DNA of 64,000 nt from Methanotrichaceae archaeon. Its GTDB lineage: Archaea > Halobacteriota > Methanosarcinia > Methanotrichales > Methanotrichaceae. The notes below the pieces were generated by a model. That model ran no database searches. It was not told the origin of the DNA and saw nothing but the letters and a program-made list of their open reading frames with translations. Position 1 is the first letter of the stretch. Each line of letters starts with the position of its first letter. This document shows positions 21,278-31,941 of the stretch, piece after piece. The stretch spans positions 171,435 to 235,434 of the forward strand of contig CAWDLW010000012.1 of the NCBI GenBank assembly GCA_963803145.1. The letters are read 5' to 3'. A program made the position numbers and the translations under genes.

Positions 21278-21757
21278 TCACATCCTTTTCAATATCTCAT
21301 CGAGACGATCATACGAATCATTGACCCCCACCTCCATGCCGGACTGGAGCATGCCGTCACGATCAGCAACCGATTGGAAGACGGATTGAGATGTCATCTT
21401 TGTCCTGTTGCCCGGCAACGCAACAAATCTCGCCGTTTGGAGAATGACATGCCCTTTTTCGGGAAGCCCTTCAAACTCAAATGTGCCGATAATTCTCTCA
21501 GGGGCTGTGACCTCATGATTCACGCCATGAAATGCGAACTCGTTGCCGTTTTGATCTTTTTGGACATATCGCCATGATCCGCCGCTTCTCGGTTCAAATG
21601 TCTCAAGAGTCGTTGTGATTCCTCGTGGTCCAAGCCATTGTGAATAAAGCTTCGGATCTGTGAATGCCCTGAATACGAGCTCACGGGATGCATCAAACTC
21701 CCGGGTGATTACAATCTCCTGTTTTCCAGGTTCTGCAACAATATTAGTTTTTGTCAT
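21278..21757 (-). CDS. SRPBCC/AHSA1 family protein
   Basis: [19 protein letters not shown]...W.GP, GG.WRY, GMEVG. Confidence 0.9.
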   Translation of the reverse strand: MTKTNIVAEPGKQEIVITREFDASRELVFRAFTDPKLYSQWLGPRGITTTLETFEPRSGGSWRYVQKDQNGNEFAFHGVNHEVTAPERIIGTFEFEGLPEKGHVILQTARFVALPGNRTKMTSQSVFQSVADRDGMLQSGMEVGVNDSYDRLDEILKRM

Positions 21758-21835
21758 TTATGTTCATATCCCCTGTACACCGTTCTTATTTGTGCATTCT
21801 GTTATGCTTTGACGGCAATCATCTGCCATCGGCAA

Positions 21836-22984
21836 TTATTTGGACGGCTGGCGATAAGCATGGAAAAATTTACGCATGTCCTCAGCCAACAGCTCAGGCT
21901 CTTCCATTGCAGCGAAATGGCCACCTCGGGGCATATCAGTCCACTGCTGTAAGTTCAGCCTGCGTTCGACCCATTCACGTGGCGGTGGATTCAGATCTTT
22001 TGGAAATGCCGCAAACGCAGCGGGAACTGCAGGGAGCGGCTCCAGTTTTTGAGGTGGGTTATCACGGTAGCTTCGAATTGAAGAGCCAATGGTCCCAGTT
22101 ACCCAGTATATCATGATATTAGTCAGCAGTTCATCCTCGGTTATCCGCCGTTCTGTGGCAGAGCCGGGATCCTTCCAGGAATGGAACTTCTCTGAAATCC
22201 AGGCCGCCAGACCTGCTGGTGAGTCATTCAGACCATATGAGAGAGTTTGCGGTTTAGTGCCCTGGATCATGTAATAACCGCCTTCACTCATGCTCCATTG
22301 CTGGAGAGCGCCGAGATAGCGCTTTTCGGCTTCGGACAGCTCGGATGGATCGGGGATTGATGCATAATGGCCTATGTACGTCAAGTGGATGCCAATGAGC
22401 AGCTCTGGATGGTCAGCTGCCAGATACTGTGTGACGATTGAGCCAAAGTCTCCGCCGGCAGCTGCAAAGCGCTTGTAGCCAAGCACATCGGTCATCAGCT
22501 TCACCCATAACTCGGCTGCCCAGCGGCTTGACATCATGCCCCGTTCCCGCGGACGATCGGAAAAGCCGTAGCCCGGTAACGATGGCACGATCACGTCAAA
22601 AGAGTCAGACTGGTCACCGCCGTATCTGGCGGGATCGGTCAGCAGAGGAATGAGCTTGCATATTTCGAAAAATGAGCCTGGCCAGCCGTGAGTGATAATT
22701 ATCGGCGTTGGATTCGGTCCTTTGCCGTTTGAGTGAATGAAGTGGATGTTCAAGCCATCGATCTCGGCTTTGAATTGCGCAAACTTATTCAGTTCTGCTT
22801 CTTGTTTCCGCCAGTCGTACTTGTGTTGCCAGTAATCAACCAGCTCCTTCATATAGCCCAAGTTGGTGCCATAATCCCAGCCTGCGCCTTCTACCTCATC
22901 GGTCCAGCGTGTATTTGCCAACCGCTCCTGTAGGTCATCCAATATTGGCTGTGGAATATTGATCTGAAAAGGTTGAACCCTCAT
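21836..22984 (-). CDS. Epoxide hydrolase (EHN domain)
   Basis: PFQI...DLQERL..TRW, YDWR..E..LN, HGWPGSF, GGDFG, GGHFAAMEEP. Confidence 0.93.
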   Translation of the reverse strand: MRVQPFQINIPQPILDDLQERLANTRWTDEVEGAGWDYGTNLGYMKELVDYWQHKYDWRKQEAELNKFAQFKAEIDGLNIHFIHSNGKGPNPTPIIITHGWPGSFFEICKLIPLLTDPARYGGDQSDSFDVIVPSLPGYGFSDRPRERGMMSSRWAAELWVKLMTDVLGYKRFAAAGGDFGSIVTQYLAADHPELLIGIHLTYIGHYASIPDPSELSEAEKRYLGALQQWSMSEGGYYMIQGTKPQTLSYGLNDSPAGLAAWISEKFHSWKDPGSATERRITEDELLTNIMIYWVTGTIGSSIRSYRDNPPQKLEPLPAVPAAFAAFPKDLNPPPREWVERRLNLQQWTDMPRGGHFAAMEEPELLAEDMRKFFHAYRQPSK

Positions 22985-23180
22985 TTCATCCTCATGCGAA
23001 ATGCGAATAAGTTGCTTGAATCGGCCAATAATATTTCATACAGTAATAATTGTCTGGAATGCATTTAAAATCTTCTGCTTGTTATTGTGATGTAGAGTTC
23101 CAAAAGCTTATATAAAGTTCTTTTTACGCTGAACTGCATGAAGGAGCATTCAAATATCGAGTACCTATAATAAAAGGAGG

Positions 23181-24041
23181 TTAGTCTCCGGCCTTGTTCA
23201 CCCTTGCCGACACAATATCAACTCCTTTGCTAATCACGCGCCCAGCATTTGGGCCAGTGAAATAGAGCCGTTTTAGCTCGTCGGCATCCACATTGTGAAC
23301 ATCGCTGAAGCCCCGCTGGATCAGGAACGGCTCAATCTGATCTTCATCAATCCCGAAAATAATCTCCTCGCCAATCACTCGCATTAGCCGCCGTATCTTC
23401 TTCACCTCAGGACCATGCAGGGCCTCGTTTGTGAAATAGTCAAAGATCACAGCGCTGCCCTGCCTGGAATGATGGGCAATAAACGCCAGCGTGCTGTCAA
23501 CCGCTTCCGGAGTAATATACCCGGTCACGCCCTGCCAGATAAACAGCGTTTTGCCATGCTTGTCATAGCCACTGGCAGGCAGGCGCTCATCAAGCGTCTG
23601 GGTATTGAAATCTATCGAAACGAAGGTGACATAATCAGGCAGGGGATCGATGACCTTCTTCAACCGTTTTTGCTTAGCTTCCTGCGTGGCCGGATAATCG
23701 ACCTCGAATACCCTCGTCTCCTCGATTCCCTCGATGCGGTAGGCACGCGTATCGAATCCGGCGCCCAGGATGACTACCTGATCGAGCCCTTCCCTCAGGC
23801 ACGCCTTGAGGAAATCATCGATGTAGCGTTCACGAGCGGTGATGAACTCGATTGCCCCCGGGAAGAATCGTCCGTATAGGCCGGAATCAATCGTCAGCTT
23901 GCTGAGGGTAAACTTGTAACCGGGCACCATTGAGCGTGCGATAGGGTCGTAGCAAATCCGTTTGCCTTCGGGTCTTGACGCCTCGATGGCTCGCACCAGG
24001 GCCATGCCCTCGGCGGTAGTACTAGATTGTTTTTGTTTCAT
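23181..24041 (-). CDS. SAM-dependent methyltransferase, LCM/TIGR00027 type
   Basis: QVVILGAGFDTRAYR, FEVD.P, FIWQGVTGY. Confidence 0.9.
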   Translation of the reverse strand: MKQKQSSTTAEGMALVRAIEASRPEGKRICYDPIARSMVPGYKFTLSKLTIDSGLYGRFFPGAIEFITARERYIDDFLKACLREGLDQVVILGAGFDTRAYRIEGIEETRVFEVDYPATQEAKQKRLKKVIDPLPDYVTFVSIDFNTQTLDERLPASGYDKHGKTLFIWQGVTGYITPEAVDSTLAFIAHHSRQGSAVIFDYFTNEALHGPEVKKIRRLMRVIGEEIIFGIDEDQIEPFLIQRGFSDVHNVDADELKRLYFTGPNAGRVISKGVDIVSARVNKAGD

Positions 24042-24172
24042 GCCCGATCATTACGGAATGATTTTAGCTGATACGGCTATTTAAGCATCTATCCTATTTC
24101 TATAAATCTGCAGTATATGGGGTGAGGATACTGGTATCGGCTGTTGTAATTCGTGAAGCCGATAAGTCACGC

Positions 24173-24997
24173 TCACTTGGCTTCGGGAATGGGCACGTTG
24201 AGAAATCTCGTAACAAGGTCGCCCAGCTCTAGGAAGGTTAGGACATCATAGTGTGTCATGCCCGGAAGGATGGCAAGCTGTGCCGCTGGCCTCAAAGAGC
24301 CGTCTAAGCCAGCGTCCCTCTGGCCGCCGCCAAGCAGCGCAAAGAACTCCATTATATGTGCTGTTTGGATGGCATCCGCATCAGCAAAGACTATCATCAC
24401 AGGCGACTTGATAGAAGCTGCGTCCTTCGACCAGTCGTAGTCCTGTCTCAGCAGGTCGCCAAGTTTTGTGAAGAGCACTGCCCAATTAACGTCGGGATAG
24501 AGCTGGTAGAGCGGAGACTGCTTCATGAATTTTGCAGCCTCTGGACCCATCTGCGCCATGCTCTCCAAGACCTCAGGGTACCATCCATTCCGCTCGACAG
24601 GAGTCGAGATTAGCACGAGCTTACGGACAATGTCTGGATGACGGATGGCTGTCTGCAAAGCAACGCCGCCACCGAGCGAGTAGCCCATGAAATCAGCCTT
24701 CTCGATGCTTAGATGCTCCATCAGCGCCGCAATGTCTTCCGCCATCAATTCGAACCTAAGCGGCCTATCGATGTCGGCTGTCCGGCCGTGGGCCTGCAAA
24801 TGGACTGCAACAACCTGCCTATCTTCGGCGAGCGTTGGCAGGACGTTGCCGAACATTTCGCTCGCATCGACGCCGCCGTGAAGCAGAATCAGCGGCCTGC
24901 CAGTGCCGTGGATCTCGTAATACATATTGAGGCCGTTCACTAATGCATAGTTACTTTTGGCGTCCCTGTTTTTTTCATCGGTATTACCTTGGATCAT
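24173..24997 (-). CDS. Alpha/beta fold hydrolase
   Basis: LLHGG, QAHGRT, GYSLGG, ADAD, PGMTHY. Confidence 0.9.
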   Translation of the reverse strand: MIQGNTDEKNRDAKSNYALVNGLNMYYEIHGTGRPLILLHGGVDASEMFGNVLPTLAEDRQVVAVHLQAHGRTADIDRPLRFELMAEDIAALMEHLSIEKADFMGYSLGGGVALQTAIRHPDIVRKLVLISTPVERNGWYPEVLESMAQMGPEAAKFMKQSPLYQLYPDVNWAVLFTKLGDLLRQDYDWSKDAASIKSPVMIVFADADAIQTAHIMEFFALLGGGQRDAGLDGSLRPAAQLAILPGMTHYDVLTFLELGDLVTRFLNVPIPEAK

Positions 24998-25457
24998 GAT
25001 GAAGTCTCCAATTGGTGTAAATTGTTATATGTTTTTGGTTCTTTGAAAATTAATTGTTGACATTATAAAAAAAACTTGCGGACCACCTCATAGTACACTT
25101 GAGATCATTTAAACCTTGATGTATTGGATAGGACAGTATAGTTTTTATCCTCTGGCAAGAAAAAAATTTTCTAAATCATCTTATTCTATGGTTCAAGCGG
25201 CTTTCTGAACAAGGCGCTAATATTTGCGAAAATATCTAAAATTATTACATATTCAGCAATTAGGGTCAAGAAGATATAATGCTGAAGTGGATAGACCTCT
25301 TTTATTGTCTTAACATCATCTTCGATGAGGACCGAAAGCGAATCATATTAGCATCTGAGTACTGTACATCCAGGGTTTTTCTGTCAAGGTTAATATACAT
25401 GCTCCTACCGGCATATTAGGGATTAAGGTTCTCTTTCCTAGGCTTCTGTTGAAAGCG

Positions 25458-26870
25458 TTAAAACAGATCGATATAGGGATCAAGGTTAGCCAATAGATCC
25501 ATTTTTTTCGCTTTTTCAAAAGCGGCGTTTGCTTCATTGACGCGATTAAGTGCACTTAGAACATTGCCTTTGTTGCGTCTGACTGTTGCATTAAATGGGT
25601 CCAGCTTGATAGCTTCATCATAAGCCTCATTAGCTTTATCATTTTCATTTAGTTTAAAATATGCATTTCCTTTATTAACCCAAGCTTCGAAGAAATTAGG
25701 GGTTACTCTAATAGCCTTGTTATATGCTTCTATAGCATCCTGATATCTTTTCAGGTTATAGAGTGCATCGCCTTTTTTAAATGAGATTGTAGCGTTTTCT
25801 GGGTCTAGCCTGAAAGCTTTATCATAAGCCTTAGCGGCCTTATCATACATATATATATTATTAAAGGCATCGCCAGTATTTAACCAAGCTAAAGCATCCC
25901 GTGGGTCAATATCGATAGCCATATTGTAGGACTTGATTGCTTGATTGTAATAGCCTTGTTGAAATAGGACTCTGCCTTTCATATACCAGGCATTGAAAAA
26001 AAGTGGATCAAATTCAACGGCTTTATCATAAGCATGAACTGCTTCATCATACTTTTCTTGAGCCTTGAGTACATTGCCTTTATTATACCAGAAAGATGCA
26101 TTATTTGGTTGTATCTCGATAGCTTTATCATATGCATCAATTGCCTCATCGAATTCGCTTTTATCGTTGAGTAAATTGCCAATCGTAGACCAAGCCCCAG
26201 CACATTTTGGATCAAGCCTAACTGCTCTTTCTAACGCCTCCATAGACTTGTCGAAATCGAAATTTCTGCGGTGAACCTCACCTTTATTAGCTAAAATACT
26301 GGCAAGTTTCCAATCTTTTGCAAACCCCTTATCTAAGAGTTCAATTGATCGAATAGCCTTATCAAAGGCTTTAATTGCCTCATCGAGTTTGCCTTTATCC
26401 CTTAGGATTATGCCCTTAGTATTCAAAGAGTTAGCATTTTTTGAATCTAGATCAATAGCCGTTTCTATAGCATTAAGTGCATCTTTGTGCTTACATTGTT
26501 CAGATAAAGCAGTAGCTATATTAATCCAAATTTTACTAGACCGTTTATTTATTTTGATAGCCTTTTCATAGCCCTGAATGGCCTCGTTGTAATTCTTTTG
26601 CTTCCTGAAATCAATGCTTCTTGTATTCCAATAATCTACTTGAATATCTTTTAATTGATTTGTAGTGCCTTCTAAGCCAAAAATTGCAACGATTATGCTA
26701 AAGAATCCGATGATCAATCCTACGAAGGAATCCTTTGAACTCATAGTATAGTATAAATAGCGTGAAATAATCAAGAATAGCAAAGAACTAGAAAGAGTAA
26801 TACGATAATCTATAAGAGGGTTAATTATGGCGATTTTTACTCTTTTCCAACTATTCTCGTGCCGCATCAT
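25458..26870 (-). CDS. Membrane-anchored TPR protein
   Basis: Two N-terminal hydrophobic segments followed by roughly ten TPRs; AT-rich. Confidence 0.88.
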   Translation of the reverse strand: MMRHENSWKRVKIAIINPLIDYRITLSSSLLFLIISRYLYYTMSSKDSFVGLIIGFFSIIVAIFGLEGTTNQLKDIQVDYWNTRSIDFRKQKNYNEAIQGYEKAIKINKRSSKIWINIATALSEQCKHKDALNAIETAIDLDSKNANSLNTKGIILRDKGKLDEAIKAFDKAIRSIELLDKGFAKDWKLASILANKGEVHRRNFDFDKSMEALERAVRLDPKCAGAWSTIGNLLNDKSEFDEAIDAYDKAIEIQPNNASFWYNKGNVLKAQEKYDEAVHAYDKAVEFDPLFFNAWYMKGRVLFQQGYYNQAIKSYNMAIDIDPRDALAWLNTGDAFNNIYMYDKAAKAYDKAFRLDPENATISFKKGDALYNLKRYQDAIEAYNKAIRVTPNFFEAWVNKGNAYFKLNENDKANEAYDEAIKLDPFNATVRRNKGNVLSALNRVNEANAAFEKAKKMDLLANLDPYIDLF

Positions 26871-26889
26871 CAGCTATTGTTCACAATTA

Positions 26890-27972
26890 TAGTTAATCTC
26901 CTAGCTTTTTGCACTAAGAAATCGCTCCACCCAGGACTTTGAATATCCATCCTTTTTGGAATAAAATATTTCTAAAGCGCAATCTTGGCTAGCTATAATA
27001 GCTTCATCGAAATCAGTGTATTTGGCGATCTCTCTTTTGAAATCCTTCCAACCGAATTCTATAGGATTCAAATCTGGTGAATAGGGGATATTATAAATTA
27101 AGTGAATATCGATTTCCTCAGCTAGTTTTCTAAATTTCTTGGCCAAATGAATTCTAGCATTATCTAAAAGTATACAAATTGGCCTCATAATATTATTATT
27201 TCTTATATTTTGAGCAAATGCCATCAACGCTTCCTTCTTAGAGGAGTTGGAAACCATAACCTCATCATTGCCATTTAATGCTATAAATCCAAAAATAGTT
27301 CTTGATCTAACCTTTCCAGGTTTATAATTTATTAAATGAGTGTTTAAGACTCTACGTGTATTAGGGCGCTGTTGTAAAGAGCTTTCATCAAGAAATCCTA
27401 TAACAGGATCAGTAACAGTGGTCAGCACTGATTTTATCCTTTTTTAAAAAACTTTCTGCATCTGCAGGCCTCTTTTCATTTCTGATGTATGGTTTCCCAT
27501 ACTTAACTTTTTTCACTACTCTTAAAATTCGCCAGCCATATTTATATGAAAAATCTATACCTCTTGTATCCCTTACATATTTTAATACGTCTTTTATCGT
27601 CATTCCTTTGTCTTCAATTTCTTTAATAACTCTATCCCATTCATCAAGAGACATCTTTGGCTTTTTGCCATTTCTATTCTTTGGTGTCAATCCATTATAG
27701 CCTTGATTATTCCATCTGCTTAACCAATATTTTATTGTCCTCTCGCCCCTTTTTAAAATATCAGCTACCTCATATACGTTTTTCCCTTCATATAAATGTA
27801 TTATTGCCAATAACCGTTCCTTAATCCTTAGATCAGTCTCTTTTTTATATAATTTATCAAGGTCTATCTTTGATATATGCCTAATTATTATAGGTTTTCT
27901 ACCCATGCCTATGTATTTTCACGCATTAATTATTAAATGTATCTATAGGGCAATAAGCTCAATGATTAACTA
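26890..27972 (-). mobile_element. IS630-family insertion sequence, 1083 bp
   Basis: TIRs TAGTTAATCTCCTAGCT (26890-26906) and AGCTCAATGATTAACTA (27956-27972), 13/17 match; flanked by TA at 26888-26889 and 27973-27974. Confidence 0.88.
26901..27906 (-). CDS. IS630 transposase in two overlapping ORFs (HTH 27409-27906; DDE 26901-~27445)
   Basis: ORF A is HTH-like. ORF B has FLDES, LLDNARIH and PYSPDLNPIE. The junction is at a T6A6 tract (27440-27451). Confidence 0.88.
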
Positions 27973-28417
27973 TAGTTTATGGATTTGTCGGGACAACAAG
28001 TTTTATAATCGAACTTATATGAAATTCTGTCTTCAAATCCCCTCACTTAGATATCACGTTATAAGTGAATGACTGCTTTCGTTACTGCCAATTGGCCAAA
28101 AAGCCTCTTCATTTCTTCTCCAATTAGAAAGTGGCTAATAAACCGCCTACAAATGTCATAGACAAATTGCAGAGTATCACTACATTTCATTTGATATTGT
28201 TGCAGAAGTCTAGCAATTGATAGACATGCGCACTATTAGGACAATCCTTGATTCTAAACTATCTCATGGCAGCTAGGCTATGATAATCTTGCTTCAAGCC
28301 TTTTGGACTAAGGCCGGTAGTCCAGAAAGTAGAGTAGTCACTCAAGATTCTATCTCTACAAACCTTCTGAACTAGCTTCCTGACATTATCCAGGTTTAAA
28401 GCTATTAGTTCTGATTC

Positions 28418-28601
28418 CTTAAAGAACACATGCCCCCAGTTAGAACCCACCTCAAACGATAGGCTTCTTTTCTCAACTCGCGGCTGCCATCTACCGCCTC
28501 CGTTATACCCGCTGAGCAGATCCGTCCATACCCCCAATCACAGGGAAAGGAATAACCACCTGCTGATTGGTGTTGGAAAAGTTGAGAACGACAATGAAGT
28601 T
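28418..28601 (-). pseudogene. Possible remnant of a GH13 alpha-amylase/branching-enzyme C-terminal beta domain
   Basis: NFIVVLNFSNTNQQVVIPFP..G/VWTDLL...VGSNWGHVFFK with a frameshift in a G5 run (28531-28535). Confidence 0.4.
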
Positions 28602-28696
28602 ATGCATCTTCCCACCAGCGCCAAAATCGGCGATTGCCAGTTCTGGCATGGAGGGCAGCATTCTGCTGCCCCGTTGACCACATGGCTGCTATTGCC

Positions 28697-28960
28697 TTAC
28701 ATCTTTTCCATCATTTTTAGCGAATCTTCCAATGGCAAAGCGGGATTTATATGAGGGACTCCCAATTCCCTGAATGGGTAGGTTATCTTCAGGATTGCCT
28801 CTTCGCTCGGCGCATCAAATATTGCCATAGAGATATGCCTGCCTATCAGCAGATATCTCCCTATCACTTTGACTTCTTTGGGGAATTTAAAGTCTTTCCA
28901 AAGATTTTCAACTTTTTTTGTATTCTCTGGCTCCCACTTAAACCATAGTACAAATAGCAT
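28697..28960 (-). CDS. DUF3303-like small protein
   Basis: ATG 28960 after GGAGGTGA; MLFVLWFKWEPE...VKVIGRY...IFDA.SEEAI...PAL. Confidence 0.75.
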   Translation of the reverse strand: MLFVLWFKWEPENTKKVENLWKDFKFPKEVKVIGRYLLIGRHISMAIFDAPSEEAILKITYPFRELGVPHINPALPLEDSLKMMEKM

Positions 28961-29321
28961 ATATTCACCTCCGTTTACACTTATATAATGAATATATAGG
29001 TTAGATTGATATTTAAGGACTTTGACTAATGATTGCACTCGCTGGGCTAGATATCTTGATTTACAGCTTTCCTATCGCTCGCTAAATTATAGCAAGCATA
29101 TTTATAAAAAATTTTAAATACCATAACGTACAATGCCCCTATTTGGAAGAACTTGCCATGGCTTCAGGTCCTCCCACCTCCTATTATCCAAAAGCCAGCG
29201 AAGGGATAAAGCCACGTAACACTCTTCTATCCCTTTGCACCTTATTTTATGCTATTCTTATATAGGTCTCAAGTTTGCCTGCCGTGAAGAATGGCATCTG
29301 GTAGTTTGGATAATTTTAATC

Positions 29322-29597
29322 TTATCTCTTAGACCGTTCCAGCTTTATTGTTACCTGGTTCTGGGGATCTGGGCAGCGCAGCTGTATGGTGTCACCCTGC
29401 CACCATGGCATGCTGCCGCCAAATTGAAAGGTCTCAAGATTGGGAAAGATGTTGTGATAGAAAAATCCACAGAGCCCTGCTGAATTGTGGCAGCTTATCT
29501 CAAAGCTTTCACCTACTGTATGGCCTGCACTGCATCTTCCCTTAACCTCTGTTACTGTTGCCACTAATCTGTATCCTACTCCGGGATCATTTGCTAT
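29322..29597 (-). CDS. TIGR04076-family protein
   Basis: VKGRCSAGH.VGE.F, GLC, CPDPQNQV motifs. ORF track starts at GTG 29564; an in-frame ATA at 29597 lies 7 nt after AGGAGG. Confidence 0.8.
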   Translation of the reverse strand: MANDPGVGYRLVATVTEVKGRCSAGHTVGESFEISCHNSAGLCGFFYHNIFPNLETFQFGGSMPWWQGDTIQLRCPDPQNQVTIKLERSKR

Positions 29598-29718
29598 TCT
29601 CTTGCCTCCTAAATTCGCCTCTTCTTTATTGAAGTCGTTCCTTACAACAATCTTTCTTCATTCAATAGGTTTGTCTCGTATTTCCCTTCAATACTTTGCT
29701 CAAACCTCATGCTCGAAC

Positions 29719-30279
29719 TTATGCCGATTGAAATAGCATGCTCCGGCTGAAGAATACCTTTGGCTCTGAGATGGGCTTAAAGCCAACCGTTTGGGCGGTC
29801 TCTAATGTCCCTTTAAAGGCAGATGCCGAAACATGGAATTTGGGCTCGACAATTAGCAGCTTGCCTTTAGGTTTTAGTATAGAGGCTATTTCCTTCAGCA
29901 GTGCTTCGGCATTGGGTACTTCATGTACCATATAGAATGCTAAAGCAAAATCTACCTTTTCTGTGATGCCGATCCTATTTGGATCACTCTTGTGTGTGAT
30001 TATTCTTGATTGCAGTCCTTTCTTAGCAGCTTTTTCTCTTAGGATCTGGAGCATCTCCTCTTGAACATCTACTGCTATGACTTTTCCCATCTCGCCAACC
30101 ATTTCAGCCATAGCGATGGAGAAGAAACCAGGGCCGCACCCTATATCAAGAACCGTTTGCCCTTTTTCTACAATTCCGTCAAGGATCTTTTTGGGGTTAT
30201 GTATAACCCTTCGAATTGGATTGTCCAGGGCAGGCGCACGCCTCCACGAACAGATACGTGATGATTCGGTCATTATCAT
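29719..30279 (-). CDS. Class I SAM-dependent methyltransferase
   Basis: VLDIGCGPG, AVDVQEEML, LKPKGKLLIVEP. Confidence 0.9.
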   Translation of the reverse strand: MIMTESSRICSWRRAPALDNPIRRVIHNPKKILDGIVEKGQTVLDIGCGPGFFSIAMAEMVGEMGKVIAVDVQEEMLQILREKAAKKGLQSRIITHKSDPNRIGITEKVDFALAFYMVHEVPNAEALLKEIASILKPKGKLLIVEPKFHVSASAFKGTLETAQTVGFKPISEPKVFFSRSMLFQSA

Positions 30280-30680
30280 GATCTCCTGATCTAACTCAGA
30301 TTATATAATGGTCTATCCTTCTTGCTCCGATATAACAATCTGTCCTTGCCGATTTGATGTGGACTTTGAATATTGATACCAATAAGGCCCATAAAGCTCT
30401 CCGCCAGGCTTGGCACAATGGCACGATGGCTTGCCGCATTTCACCTTTTGGAGAATATATGCGCCTACTTTTCTTTCTCTTGCAGGTTCTCAGTATTCAT
30501 AGAGTCTTATATGTATTATCCATATATCGATTTGGCTATGGCATATAAGGCGCTATATCCATCTTTTTTTTGATGGTAAATAGACTACCATGAACTTAGC
30601 GCTTAATATGCCGTGCTTCCAAAACTATTTGTAGTATAATAGGATATACATTCGGAATACAGAATTTCGGGGGTGTAGCA

Positions 30681-31058
30681 ATGATGGAAAACGGCGTAAG
30701 GGTATTTGGAGAAAGGGATAAGCTACTTATAGATATCTTATGTGGCTTAGGTGTCCGAAGACAGGAAGCCACTCTGATCGTCTGGATGAACGGTGCAGGA
30801 GAAGTATCTTCTAAGGATATTGAGAATGGAACAGGTATTCGACAGTCAGAGGTAAGCAAGGTTTTGAAGGCAATGCGGGAACTTGGCTGGGTAGATAATC
30901 TGGGGACTAATAATTCAGCGAAAGGCAGGCCCAGGAAAGTCTACTCACTTGGTGCCTCATTGAATGATATCGTGACGTATTATGAGCTGCAAAAGCTTAG
31001 GGAAACTACACTGGCCAAGGATTCTATACAGAAGCTGAAAGAGCTGGCACCAGCATAA
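30681..31058 (+). CDS. Winged-HTH transcriptional regulator (methanogen type)
   Basis: SSKDIENGTGIRQSEVS, KGRPRKVYSL. Confidence 0.85.
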   Translation: MMENGVRVFGERDKLLIDILCGLGVRRQEATLIVWMNGAGEVSSKDIENGTGIRQSEVSKVLKAMRELGWVDNLGTNNSAKGRPRKVYSLGASLNDIVTYYELQKLRETTLAKDSIQKLKELAPA

Positions 31059-31176
31059 GTCAGAAGGATACAGCGTAACCCCTGTTCATTTTTGGGGGAT
31101 TTTTAATCTTTAGCTTTCGGTGTTCATTGTATCTTATATGCAATTTTGGGATATTGAATTCTGAAATATTGAATTG

Positions 31177-31941
31177 TTATTTGCGGAGGCTGAACGCGTA
31201 TGTCCCTACAATAACCATGACAACATCGAAGGTCAGCAGGAATAGCACATCGATATAGAACGGAATGGGCGAGATATATGCGCTGCCGAGTATGATAGTT
31301 CTCAGCGCGTCCACACCATATGTAAGTGGGTTGATGTAGACGACCCAATGTAGCCATGACGGTAGGCTATTCACAGGGAAAAGAGCGCCGCTGAGAAGGA
31401 ACATTGGCAGGTTCACAAACGTCATTATAGTGCCATAGCTCTCTAGACTAGTCATGAAGCTAGCCAGCGTCAGTCCAATACATACAGTGCCAAGTGTGAT
31501 AAGCAGCATCAACGGTAGGATCTCGATGACAATAGCCAGTGTAATTTTAACCCCTATTAAAAACCCGAGCATTAGAACGATCGTGCCCTGGATCATGGAG
31601 TCAGTGCTTACCCCCAGCATCTTGCCGGTAAAGATAGAGACCCGGGAGACGGGCGCCACCAATATCTCTTTTAGAAAACCGAATTGGCGGTCCCATATCA
31701 CCGATATGCCCATGAACATAGACGTGAATAACAGCGTTTGACCAATAATGCCTGGAAATATGAACTCCTGGTAGCTGAATCCGGATCCAATGCTGCCCCT
31801 TATAGATGACCCGAGGCCTGCGCCGAAGATGATCAGCCACAGCATCGGCTGGACGAAAGAGCTGATAAAACGAGTTCTCTCACGAACAAACCGCTTAACC
31901 TCCCTTTTCCAGAGAGTCTTAATTCCCCGCAGCTCGCTCAT
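31177..31941 (-). CDS. ABC-2 type (DrrB-like) permease
   Basis: DRQFGFLKEILVAPVSR, FLLSGALFP, NPLTYGVDALR. Confidence 0.93.
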   Translation of the reverse strand: MSELRGIKTLWKREVKRFVRERTRFISSFVQPMLWLIIFGAGLGSSIRGSIGSGFSYQEFIFPGIIGQTLLFTSMFMGISVIWDRQFGFLKEILVAPVSRVSIFTGKMLGVSTDSMIQGTIVLMLGFLIGVKITLAIVIEILPLMLLITLGTVCIGLTLASFMTSLESYGTIMTFVNLPMFLLSGALFPVNSLPSWLHWVVYINPLTYGVDALRTIILGSAYISPIPFYIDVLFLLTFDVVMVIVGTYAFSLRK

